NCBI GenBank assembly: GCA_036172245.1
Contig: JAYWIR010000013.1
Location: 3,720,001-3,784,000, forward strand
Length of the DNA: 64,000 bases
Source of the DNA: Raillietiella orientalis
Taxonomy: Eukaryota
Direction: 5' to 3'
In this document: piece after piece, positions 51,690 to 62,673 of the stretch
Layout of the letters: every line of letters starts with the position of its first letter
How positions within the stretch are numbered: the stretch's first letter is position 1
Position numbers and translations under genes: made by a program
Notes under the pieces: generated by a model
Database searches by the model: none
Seen by the model: only the letters and a program-made list of their open reading frames with translations
Told to the model about the DNA's origin: nothing

Positions 51690-52412
51690 GGTGAAAGATC
51701 TGCCGTGTCCCCCAGCGCTTTCGGACGGAGGCGCCCTCCCCTTGAAGTCTCAGAAGTGGGCGCTGCTGCTGTTGCACTGGGGCCTCCCGTGGAATGCCCG
51801 CACTGGACACACTGGCATCACTGGACACGGGGTTGCGAGTGGACACCAATTGTGCGCGAATCGCTCCCGCACCCGCTTGTTGGCTGTGTCGCTCTCCGGC
51901 CCCTCCGGGAACCCTTTTTCCGCGGCCCTAGGAACCCCTGGAGGCAACTCAAGGGATCCTTTACGACCCCTCTTCCTAGGCGACGCCCTTCGGCCGGCAG
52001 GCTCGTTGGCAGTCCGCTGTGCTGCCTACGCGGGATCGCCGCTGCCTGGAGGAACGCAAGAGGAGCGCACAGCGACAGGGATGCCGTCCACTTTGCCGCC
52101 CGATCCACGAGGATGGCAACGAGGTGGTCCCACTCGGACAGCCGCATCCAGCAAGAGCTTGCCCCGGCATCCTACAGAGGATCCCTTCCCTCACGCTCCC
52201 GAAGTTCTTTTATTTCTATTTTTCGTTTCCTTTTTTTTCGTTTCGTGTGCCCCCTCTCCTCTGCTGCCGTGGCGAACCTCACCGGCATCTGCGAGCAGGC
52301 CACGCGGTAGGTTAGATGAAAAGGGGACGCGGTTGGTCCACTGGTCCAACCACAGAAATTGTAAAAGTTTATTTAGCTAATAAATAAACGCCCCGGCGTA
52401 CCCGGGTGAGAA
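51690..52412 (+). mobile_element. Decayed L1/Tx1-like LINE 3' end (copy 3)
   Basis: ESLPHPLVGCVALRPL finger remnant. LRGIAAAWRNARG..DRDAVHF..RWSH is homologous to copy 2. Terminal AATAAACGCCCCGGCGTACCCGGGTGAGAAT. Confidence 0.85.
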
Positions 52413-52449
52413 TCCAGATATACGGAAGGAAACCTCCAGGTCAGCGTTC

Positions 52450-53400
52450 TTACTAGGCAATGATAAATAACCCTGAGAAAGAGCAGCTGCACCTGAAGGA
52501 TGAAGAAAAGGAGAAGGAAACGATTTTCCCATCATTTTCTTCCGATCGACTGAAGACGCCTCCAGCCAGAGAGGGAGGACGAAGATTTCCGGAGGGAACA
52601 AATCTTCTTGGAGGCGTCCGCATCAGGCTGAGAGCCGCTCGGTTGCTTCGCCCCGCACGCCAGAGATGACGGTCCGAGTGAATCTCTCTCCACCCCCCCC
52701 CCTCCCCTGTTTGCTCCTCCTCGGGTCTGTCGCTGGGTGCCTTTTCGTGGACCTTCGAAGAGGCATTCGCGGCCCTCGAAGGAGGCGGCCGAACCCCTTC
52801 GTACGAGGCGTACCCGTTGGCGGAGAGCTTCGACGAGGCTCAGCCCAGCAGCAAGGTGGATCCGAGGTGCGCGGCAGAGATCCAAGCTGGATTCCTCCGA
52901 TATCAGCGGTTGTGCTCGGGATGAATGAGACGGCGGAGAATAGGCGAACCGGTAACCAAGGAGGACGCTCCTCGCAAGTGCGACAGATTCCCGACTCTTG
53001 GAGGACCGGACGGTCTTTCCAGGTTTGATGGACAGTAAAAAAAAAAAAAAAAAAAAAAAAAGGAGAAAGAGAGGGAGAGACAGACCCTGGGATGCAGATT
53101 CCACACTCCAACGCAACACTGATTGCATAGCTGCCTATCTGACACCTTGCAATTGTATCCAAGGCCCTCCTCTATGCAAGAAGAATTTTCCAATTGTTGC
53201 AGTGGAATTCCAGTGTGCTGATTGCAGACCCTCCCTGTGGTGCCGCCACACAGGAAGCTCCATCTCTCACCTGCTATGGTGTCTGCAGCAAGGCCAAGAA
53301 CTTCCGTGTGATGGGAGCATCGATTGTCAAAATCGATGCTCCTATGCAGCATTCGTCGCATCCGGTCTTCCGCCCACACCCACTTCAACTAAGGTAATAC
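52450..53400 (-). mobile_element. Decayed LINE endonuclease/linker fragment
   Basis: Homology to 51196-51260; KVSDRQ / ERPSGP remnants loosely resemble the SDH...GPG.W motif. Confidence 0.5.
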
Positions 53401-54080
53401 GGGCTTTGTGAAGAGAGAGAGCCAAAAAGACGGCAATGGTTGCAGTTTCAAACAGGGGTGGGCCGTTCTGCAGTTGCTCAACGGCATTTCTTTCAGCAAG
53501 TTGCCTAATTCACTGTCGCCAGTGTGGATGCCTGCTGTCCTCTCATCCACACTCACCAAACGTAGGGAAGCGCATGCGTGGACCCTATACCCTGGCGCCT
53601 GCGCTGTGTCTTATAAATGCGGGTGTTGAACCTCCCCCATTAGTTCCAGCTGCATGAGTTCTGAACGGCATTTCTTTTCCTTTTTTTTTCTCTATCAGGG
53701 TTTCACCCAGTTTGCTAAGAAAAGGTTTTAGGGGATCAAGAGGGAAATCAGCCAGCCCGTTACCAAGTAACATATGCATCACGGATTGCTATTGAATTTT
53801 AACCCACCTATCACGTTCGCTGTACCACGCGCATCAATCTTCTCGATAAATTGGGAACGCTGAACAATAACGATACTTATCGCACTCATTACAACGTCAC
53901 TTATCAAGAGAGCACCGCTACCCTTGGCAACTGTAACTTCTTCAAATGCCGTCACCACCATAAGAGAATCTTGTACTGGTTGAGCCAATGGTGTCCGGTT
54001 CAAAACCCCGAAAGACCATGCTATTAATAAAAATAATATATATATATATATATGTACACATTTATATTCATGCACATTTA

Positions 54081-54967
54081 CGAGGCGCATCTCAAAAGTA
54101 ATGGCGGATCGGATAGAAAGGAAGGACGAACAAGACGAGCAGAAATGCATTCGTGGCTCTGAGCACAGACGTCCACGTGTCATCTTTCCACATGGTCACC
54201 ATTTTGCTTCCAAGCACTTTTGCTTCCGTGGAACGAGCTTTTTGGAACCGCCTGCATGAAGTCCGCCGCCTGTCAGCTCAGCAGCACTGCACTTTCCGAC
54301 TCCCCACTTTCCCCCTCGAGATAGAAGAGGCCACTTGCAATGCAGGGAGGAAGACGTGGTAGCCACCGGGCGCGAGGTCAGGACTGGTGATCTTCCCATT
54401 CGAATGCCTGAACTGCCTGGAATGTGCGGACGGCATGTGTTGCTAAGGCGCGCGTTGCCGTGAAGGAGAGGAACCGTTCCTCCTGACCTCAGCCCTCCAC
54501 GTCTTCGGTGGTACGCCGCAGCTTCGAGAGTGTTTCTACGCAGTGGACTGGCCAAGTGGTGGTCGTTCCGGGCTCCATAAAGTCCACCGAAAGCACGCAC
54601 GCTGCCGTCCGCACACTCCACACAATTCAGGCATTCGAATGGGAACTTTTTGAAGTTCTCGCGCCCGGTGGCTACCACGCCTTCCTCCCTGCACCTCATG
54701 AAGTGGCCCCTTCTATCTCGAGGGGGAAAGTGGGGAGTCGGAAAGTGCAGTGCTGCTGAGCTGGCCCCACTCCCAGGCGGCGGAATTCCATGCAGGCGGT
54801 TCCAAAAAGCTCGTTCCACGGAAGCAAAAGTGCTTGGAAGCAAAATGGCGACCACGTGGAAAAGTGACACGTGGACGTCTGTGCTCAGAGCCACGAATGC
54901 ATTTCTGCTCCTCCTTGTTCGTCCTTCCTTTCTATCCGATCCGCCATTACTTTCGAGATGCGCCTCG
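54081..54967. mobile_element. Non-autonomous mariner-derived fold-back element (887 bp, TA target duplication, ~300-bp inverted arms)
   Basis: TA|CGAGGCGCATCTCAAAAGTAAT ... ATTACTTTCGAGATGCGCCTCG|TA. Arms 54081-54376 and 54658-54967 are reverse complements. The right arm encodes AEFHAGGSKKLVPRKQKCLEA/GDHVEK*, the mariner transposase C-terminus. Confidence 0.93.
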
Positions 54968-55514
54968 TATTTATATTATCTATAAATATTGATATATATG
55001 ACGAGCATATGTATTTATTTTTTATCCTCTTCTCTATATATGTCAACAATAGAATGAACAACTTATTAATTATATTGTGGAATGTATGTCACCAAATATG
55101 AATATCTATATCTGTTCCGATGACATTCCTGTCAATTGTATCCATGTTAATAAGTATGAATAATTATGTGTGTTCGAATACATTTGTAAATTAATCTAGG
55201 TAGTATTAGCACATATGTTAATATTTTATAAGCTTTATAATGCATATTAACCTATACATAAATATACTTATCAATACACACAACAAGCATCTGCACTTAT
55301 TTTTTATCGCCTTTAATGTTTATACATCAAGAATGTAATCAACAAGGTATTAATTTTATCACCAAAAGGTACGTCACTGAGTCTTAACGAGTAGATCTGT
55401 TCCGATAATTACTGTTCAATGATGTTTGTCAGTAAATAGGAATAACAACGCGTATTAAAATAAATCTGTATGTTAATCTACGTAGAATAAGCATCCCTAT
55501 ATTTATGTATGTCT

Positions 55515-56250
55515 CATGACCTTTCGCGATTCGGGCGTTCGGTCCAGCTGTCACAGTCAGCTGCTCTTGAGCTCACGTTGCTCAGCCCGCCATCATGCAT
55601 ACGCTCATGCGAAATTTCGGCACCCAGGGCGCGGAGATGAGCCTCAGCCAGGAGCGCGCGGGAAGAGGCTGGTCGCCAGCATTGGGGCGGCGTTTCTTCG
55701 GTTCCGTTCCGACCACACGTGACCCCTGCGGGTGGCACCGGGCACCCGAGCTGGTCCTGTGGAGGGAGAAAAGGACCCCCCGTCCGTGCTGGGGACGGAA
55801 CTGGCGAAGCATGACTGGCGGAGGAGGCTGAGCCTGAAGAACACCAACAGCGCGCGCGGAGAGGCTGGCCCGGAGCGCGTTCGGGAACCCTCGGGCGGTT
55901 GGAACCGCGGGGTCTCACCATCGCCTTCCTACTCCTGGAAGCCGCAGCTCACCTGCAGCCCTTCGGGGTCGCTCGACTCTTTCGGGCTTTAGCGTCTGGC
56001 GCGGAGCCACGCAGATTCTGCGGCGCGAAGTTTCCGAAAGCGCGGCTCGTCTCTGGACCCTCTCCTGCCCGACAGCTCGCTCAGCCGTTTCCTGGACATT
56101 TGTTTCTGCCGGCTGTAAACAGAACGGAGCTTTCAGAGGCTTCGACCGGCCCCCTCCCTAGTGGGATCTTCCCGCCGAGGGACCTGGTGCATGAGGAAAA
56201 CCGCGTTACCACGGAGACGAAGCAGGTACAGCGGAAGGAAAAGTGAAAAC
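55515..56250 (+). mobile_element. Decayed LINE endonuclease C-terminal fragment
   Basis: FRSDH followed by RAG(P)/LWRE across a frameshift resembles the APE-endonuclease SDH...GPG.WK motif. Confidence 0.5.
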
Positions 56251-57479
56251 GGAGACCATGCACGCTCACGAAACCGTCGAGGAGGAGCAAACATTCTGCA
56301 TATTATGGGAGGGGGGGAAGAGGGGGGTCGTGTCTGTAGCCCCACCGGATGTCCTCGTGGACATCGGGCGACGAGGCACGTGGACCAACCAGCTGATGGC
56401 TTTCTCAAGGAAAAGAATTCCGGACAGCGTTTGCTCCTTTGACCCTTGTTCCGTTCTTCCCACAGCTCTTCCTGCCGAGGTGTCTCCCTCTGTTGCCGTC
56501 GCTGCCGCCGCCGTCGCTTCCGGTAGTCTCTTGGCGACCCGACGTTCCGACGAGCAGGCCAAGCGCATGCAACGAGACCTGACACAGAGAACCCCGTCCA
56601 AGTGCGGCGCAGCTAGCGAAGGACAGGTCAAGACTGAGAAATAGGCAAGGACGCGGGAGTGTGTGGAGGGGAGGGGGGACACGGCGGATGGCCGCTGCTG
56701 GACGTCCAGATGAGCGCACGGTCCATCGACCATTCCCAGCTTCTCACTGGGGCGAGCTCCCTGGCTCGGGGGACTGACCGCTCGCAGATCCGGGAGGGTG
56801 TCGCGCCTGTACCGCGCCTGTCTCGCGGAAGAGGAGAAAGTTCTGTCGCGACCACACCCTCCTCCGTTTCCGACTCCTCGGAAACTCCACGACGAAGGAT
56901 TGGTCATTCTCGTCGGAAGGGAAGGAAGGAGGGCGACGTCCGCGTCCACGGGCCGTCGAAGAAGGCAGGAAGATTTCTCGCTACGGGCCGCCAATCTCCC
57001 ATCCCAGATGCCGCATCTTCCTGAGCGGGATATCGTGCGGCGCCGCGATCCCTACTGTTCCTGATGCATCCGGTGTTTCACGGATGCCCTGAGGGGTGCT
57101 TCCGGGGCGTTCTTTCGGCGACCTGAATGGGAGGTGTCTCCCTGGTTTTGACCGCGTCTGTCCCCGTCTGCATGCGGAGCAGGCGCAACACTCGATGATT
57201 GCATCGAGCATCGCCGACGCTGCGACTCCGAGCACACCATCCCATGGACTCTTGCTCTGAGGCAAACTACTGGATGTTCCGTTGGAACACCTGAAGTGGC
57301 CCCCGGTGCTCATGGACACCAGCGCTCTCCCCCCTCCCCCCCCTTGAACTGGCAGGAGTCGGCGTTGTTGGTTTGCACGGGGGCTTCCCGTGCAACTCCC
57401 GCCGTCACCACTAGACACGGGGGGGTGTGGACCTCAACTGTGTCGGGTGCGGGGAACGTGAACATTTCCTCCATCTGAT

Positions 57480-58015
57480 GCTAGTGGACTGTGTTGCCCT
57501 CCAGCCCCTCTAAGAACGCTTTGTCGCGGCCCTGGGGACCCCCAAAAGCTTTGGAACCCCTCTTCGTTCGCTAAGCCCTTCAGCCAGCGGCTTCGCTGGC
57601 ATCCCTGTGCTGCCTACGCGGGATCGTCCCTGCATAGAGCTAAGCAACAGGAGGACCTATCGATAGGGAAGCCATCCACTTCTCTGTCCTTTTCATCAGG
57701 ATAGCAACGCGATGGTCCCACCTGGACAAGAGTATCCGGCTAGACCTTGCCAGCATCTTACAGAGGACAGCCACCAGCAGAATGTGATCCGTTCCCGCAC
57801 CCCTCAAAGTTCATCTATTTCGTTTTTGTTTCTTTTTTTTTTCTTTTGGTTTGTCCCCTCCTCTCTGCTGCCGTGGTGGACCGCGCCGGTCTGCGACTTG
57901 GCGACCCGGCGGGCAGGCTTCCCTTAAAGTGTGCATGATTGGACCGCTGGTCGAACCACAGTTCTCATGTAATGTTTATTCTTGAAATGAATGCCCCGGA
58001 GCACCCGGGTGAGAA
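57480..58015 (+). mobile_element. Decayed L1/Tx1-like LINE 3' end (copy 4)
   Basis: LVDCVALQPL. GCTGCCTACGCGGGATCG and GGTCCCAC are shared with copy 3. Terminal AATGAATGCCCCGGAGCACCCGGGTGAGAAT. Confidence 0.85.
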
Positions 58016-58038
58016 TTGAGCATTCCCCACAGTGGGAA

Positions 58039-58166
58039 GTGTCTGCTGGATGCATCATGCGGTACATCCTACTGGCGACGCCGCTACCGGAGCAGGGTTG
58101 AGACGCGCTGGACCAACAGCAGATCCTGCACGAAGATGGAAGGAGAAGGACTCTTCCTTGCAGCAG
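58039..58166 (-). repeat. Interspersed repeat with direct homolog at 60560-60678
   Basis: CATCCTACTGGCGACGCCG.TACC.GAGCAGGGTT.AGACGC.CTGGAC is present in both. Confidence 0.85.
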
Positions 58167-60899
58167 TCTCTCTCTGTCCTGGCGGACGACGGCGCGCCGA
58201 TCGCCCCCGCGCAAACAAACGGAGTGGCCCGAGCGGAGTCTGCAGGGACGCTCCCGACTGTTGACCGCTGCCCGGAAGCTCTCGCGACGCCGCCGCTGCG
58301 CCTTCTCACGATCGCTGCGTTCCCACGCATTCCGCAAGAGCTTCGGGAGATCGGAGCGGTAGTGTCGCGCGGTCCGGGAGCACCAGGAGCAGCGGCGAGA
58401 GGACCGGAAATCCCTCATTCCTGTTTTTTTTTTTTTTTTTGGTCCCCCGAGGGATAGGCGAATGGGGAGGTCGGAGAAAGGAGTTTCGTTCCGCCTCCCG
58501 GTTCACTCCCCCCCCCTCCCGTGCCGTCGAGGACCAGCCCTATCCCGCCTGGTGCCAACCTCCGTGATTCTTCGGGATCGGTTCGTCCCGGAGAATCACG
58601 GCTTTCCTCCGGTTGTCCCGGTTCTTTCGCGACCGTCTATCCGCGGAGAAAAGCTCACGGATACCGGATATTTGACCTAGTCTGTCGGCAACTGGCCCCG
58701 AGGTGCCCTTTCGAACAGCCTCCAGCTCAGGCCGTTGAGCTGCTTCACCATCCTAGACATGCTGATCGAGCTGCCGTCGACTTGGAGAGGAAAGTCCGGG
58801 GATCCAAGAGATGGGTGGATTTTCCACAACCCCGCATCCTTGCCCTCATTTCCCGTGAGTCCACCCCTCATTCTCCTTCTGGACCCGCGCTCGGGACGGG
58901 ACCGCCCGTCAGAGTCCGCACCCACGCCGCCGCCTTCCATGCGGTTCTGCTCCCATGAAGCAGGATGGAAGGGGAATCCCGTCCAGGTGTGTGGTCGAGG
59001 CAGAAGCGGTCGAAGCCGCGCCCCGAAACCGGTCCGTCGAATTTCGAAGCCTGGACGCGAGACCCCAGCGCTGGTGCCTTCCTGCCTCAGCAGCTCGCGG
59101 TAGCTGAGTCTCCGCATTCCACATCGGCTTCCGAGGTCTATGCTCCAGAGTTGCCGTCCGGGACTGAAGTTTTCCTGCGGCTTTCCGTGCACAGCAGTGC
59201 TGCCTCCGTGGAATCGTAGCGGCGAGAAGTTGCGACGAAAGAGGGCAGTCGAACGGTGAGGTCATCGCAATCGTCTGCTCCTTCATGAGGAGGAAGACTC
59301 CACGCTGCGAGGAGGAACCTCCTCTTGCAAGCCGACCTGCCAGTCCATCTTCGAATCACGCGTAGCGTAGCAACTACGTCACCCTCTCAAAAGACGCCCT
59401 GATTGCCATGTTGAGACATCCGATCTCCTCGCTCTCTCGATCCAGTCTGCGCTCTTCCAGAGTGTTCGAGAAGGGACATTTTACTTCCGGAATCATCGCT
59501 CGCTCTTTTCTTCGTGAGAGGCGTGGATCGGGACGCAGCCGCGAGCCCGCGTCTGGCGTTTTCCGCCACCGAGAGACCGCCGGTCCCACCGTGTGCTGCC
59601 TTTAGGGAGTGGTCGTCGATCGCTCCATGACGATGTGTCAAGAGACGCGCATGCCTCTGGCAGTGGTTTCGGATGAGCGTCAGGGTCTTTTGAAAGTGTC
59701 TTGTCTCATCCCATACGCCAGCAGCTGTCCGATCTTCGCCTTGGCTACTCTTCTCGTGACCAGCACGTTCAGTCAGGCGCACGCACGAGTTTGTAGTCCT
59801 AAACTCTCGATAGGAGCAGTCTCCGGAAAATGGAAAGTGAGATGGTTCGCGGCGCAGAAGTCCCAGGACATGGCTTGCACCGTGGTCTGGATACTTTTGG
59901 AAAAGGGTTCCCTCTGCCTTGTTGCGGAAGGCTACGCGCGAGTGCACATTCTTCCTCCTCCTCATGCTATTCCTGCTTTCCAGCTGAAGAGCAGCGTCCT
60001 TATCAAGAGCGGTCCTACATCCGTGACGGATCAGCGAGCCTTCTCTTGGTCACTTGGTCAGACGTCGATCATTCGATACTTCTCGGGACAACCGTGCATA
60101 TTTTCCCTACGTTTCCTCAGACGCGAAGTCCCCCGCAACTTCTTCACAGAAGGATGCTGAGATCTCCGGTCGGGACGGGCACCCCCTTCTCGACACCGCA
60201 AAGCACGCTATGCCATTGAAGGGGGACGGAGAGGGTGCGGCCGCTTCAAGCGGCAGCCGGATACCCGCGGGCCAACGCGCCCTGCGTTGGTACTCCGCAT
60301 AGGCAAGAAGCTGACGGTCCCGGATGCGGCGCATCCGTTTTAAAATGGGAGGAGACGCGTTCGGGATCGCTCGCAAGGATCGTGAGAAGGAATGCACGAA
60401 GCTTAGCGTCTGGTGGGGCGCACCGCCTTGGCAGTGGGATCGCTGGGGACTCAGAGTCCCGAAAGAGGAGGGAACCCTCGGAAACTCCCTCGTTCCCCGG
60501 ACTGCAAGCGGAGAAGGAGCGACCCTCGATGGTTGATCGAGCATCTTCTACAGCGGGTGGTGTCTGTTGGATGCATCCTACTGGCGACGCCGTTACCTGA
60601 GCAGGGTTAAGACGCTCTGGACTAGCAGCAGCAGGCCCCTGCAAGAGGATGAAGCGAGGACTTCTTCCTGAAGCAGGAGCAGAGTCAGAAATGTCTTCTG
60701 AATACCTTCCGCGAATGGTGAGCTGTATTAGAGGAACAGTGGTAAAGAGCGCCATCATCATACCAACGTCTTCCTCCGCACTCAAGTCAGCCGCAGTTCT
60801 CGAATCTACCAGTAGGCTCAGGACGTTTTGCGGAAAGGACTTCCCGATCAACCGCAGCATCCCGTTTCCTCCTCCTCCGTCCCCTCCCGATGCAGACCC

Positions 60900-61430
60900 T
60901 CGGAAATCCAGAAACCCTGCGCCAATACGCCCTCGTGAGCAATCCTCGAGTTTTCAAGGAGACATCTGGATCCTTTCCGTGACGAGGGATGAGATGCTGC
61001 GGTTTTGCGCGTAGCCAAGGCATCCTCAGCTACGGCTACCAGTGCATCCGTTTCCTCTGAAGGAACCCGACGGAGGAGTTCACCCGAGGATCTCGAGGTC
61101 AGTTCGCCGTCTGCTGGCCACGTGAGAAAATCTCATCTTCCTCTCACTGCATAGGATGCAGAGGACCCAGCTACACGGAATGTGATCCTTCCTCCTCTTC
61201 CCCATCGCGAAGACGATGTTTTTCGATTCGTTCCGTCCCCCTCCCCCCTTTCCCTGCTCTTTCCATTTCCCTCCGTTTCCACTGTGGGCCTCGTCAGAAC
61301 CCCCCGCCAGGAACCGCTGGATTCCGTGGGACGTCACGTTCCTGTCGAGGCTTCTGCACGTTTATTATTATTATTATTATAAGTAAACGCCCCGTAGCAA
61401 ACAGACCGAAACAGACCGGGTACGGGGATT
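60900..61430 (+). mobile_element. Diverged LINE 3' end (copy 5)
   Basis: AGGATGCAGAGGAC...GTGATCCTTCC 3'UTR motif as in the other copies; terminal AGTAAACGCCCCGTA...TACGGGG hairpin. Confidence 0.65.
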
Positions 61431-62673
61431 CGCACCAACAGGTTCCCGTAATTCACGCACGGGTGGGAATTGGTGGAGGGCGCGTCTCTCCCCTTTCGGA
61501 CTGAGGGGGCCGGATTCGAGACTTTCCGTGCGATCTCTAGGGTTTTCCGTTCCCGGCTTTCCGCTGCGCCGCGACGGCCATCCGGCGGATGGACGTTCCT
61601 CTGCGCACGGCGACCCGAGCGTGGCGAAAGGCTGCCCTTCTCTGATGCCCGAGGAAGGTTTACTCATCTCATGCTCCGGGCGGAAGGATGGAGGCAGGAA
61701 GAGGCGCTTGGAGAGAGGACGGGCAAAATCAACAGTCGACTCACTTCCGCTGGTCCAATGGAGGTTCCGTTTCCCTAGCGTCTCTCGAATTTCCGCATCC
61801 TGCTTGGTTTTTACCGAGTGGTACCGTGGAGGAGATGATTACGATGACGATGGAGACCATCTGCGCGTAGCGACGGACGCTGGCAAAGCGTCAGCCATGA
61901 TTTGCATGGTCGCGAAAGAAGAGGAAGACCCGGGATTGTTTTCGGGCCTTCCTTCCTTCCCCTCTTTCCCCAAATCTTGCTTCTTCGGAGATGAGTGACG
62001 CGGGAAAAGAGAAGAAGCTACGCGTGACGTCCGAAGCTGCGCCATTTAGCCCACGTCGATTCCCTTGACTTGTGCTAGAGGGCACCGAGAGGGAAGGATT
62101 CATTGCTATCTGCGTTGTTTGCAGAGTCTCCGTGGATCGGGGAGCAAGAATGGTAGCCTGGGCTGCCTCCTGTTTGCTTCGAGTGCTGCGTCTTTCCCAT
62201 GCTGGACAAGATGGGGCAGATGTCCGCGTTCTCAGGAAGATCTTGCCAGAGATTTCTTGCCGATTGAATTGAACTCACAAGATGCTCACAGTTTTTTCAA
62301 GAAACGGCCCAAGGGAGGATAGAAGCAGCGGGCCGTCTCGTTCGCGGGAGGGATCCCAGGGAGGAACGCAGCTCAGGGAACCAGATTCCCAAGTATCTTC
62401 AATTCGAAAGAAGATAGCTTTGAGCAACCAAGGATCTCCGTTGGGTTTTCCCCGAGGAAATGGCATGCCAAAATCTGCTCAGAGCTTCCATCCAGACGGC
62501 TGGCGCCTCCTGAGAAGGAAGACTGAAAAGGAGCGACTCCTGTAAGCATTTCTCTTGGACTTGTCCTCTTCCCCATAACTCTCATGTGCTCTTCGAGAGT
62601 CCTTGTACTGGCATCGGCACCTCTGGGCGTGCGCTTTTGGCGCTTGAGCGCTACCATCTCCAAGGCTGGTTGA

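Noticed and set aside
53037..53061. Long A run as a retrotransposon poly(A) tail
   Set aside because: The homologous copy at ~51231 has an A-rich tract at the same internal position, so it is an expanded internal run.
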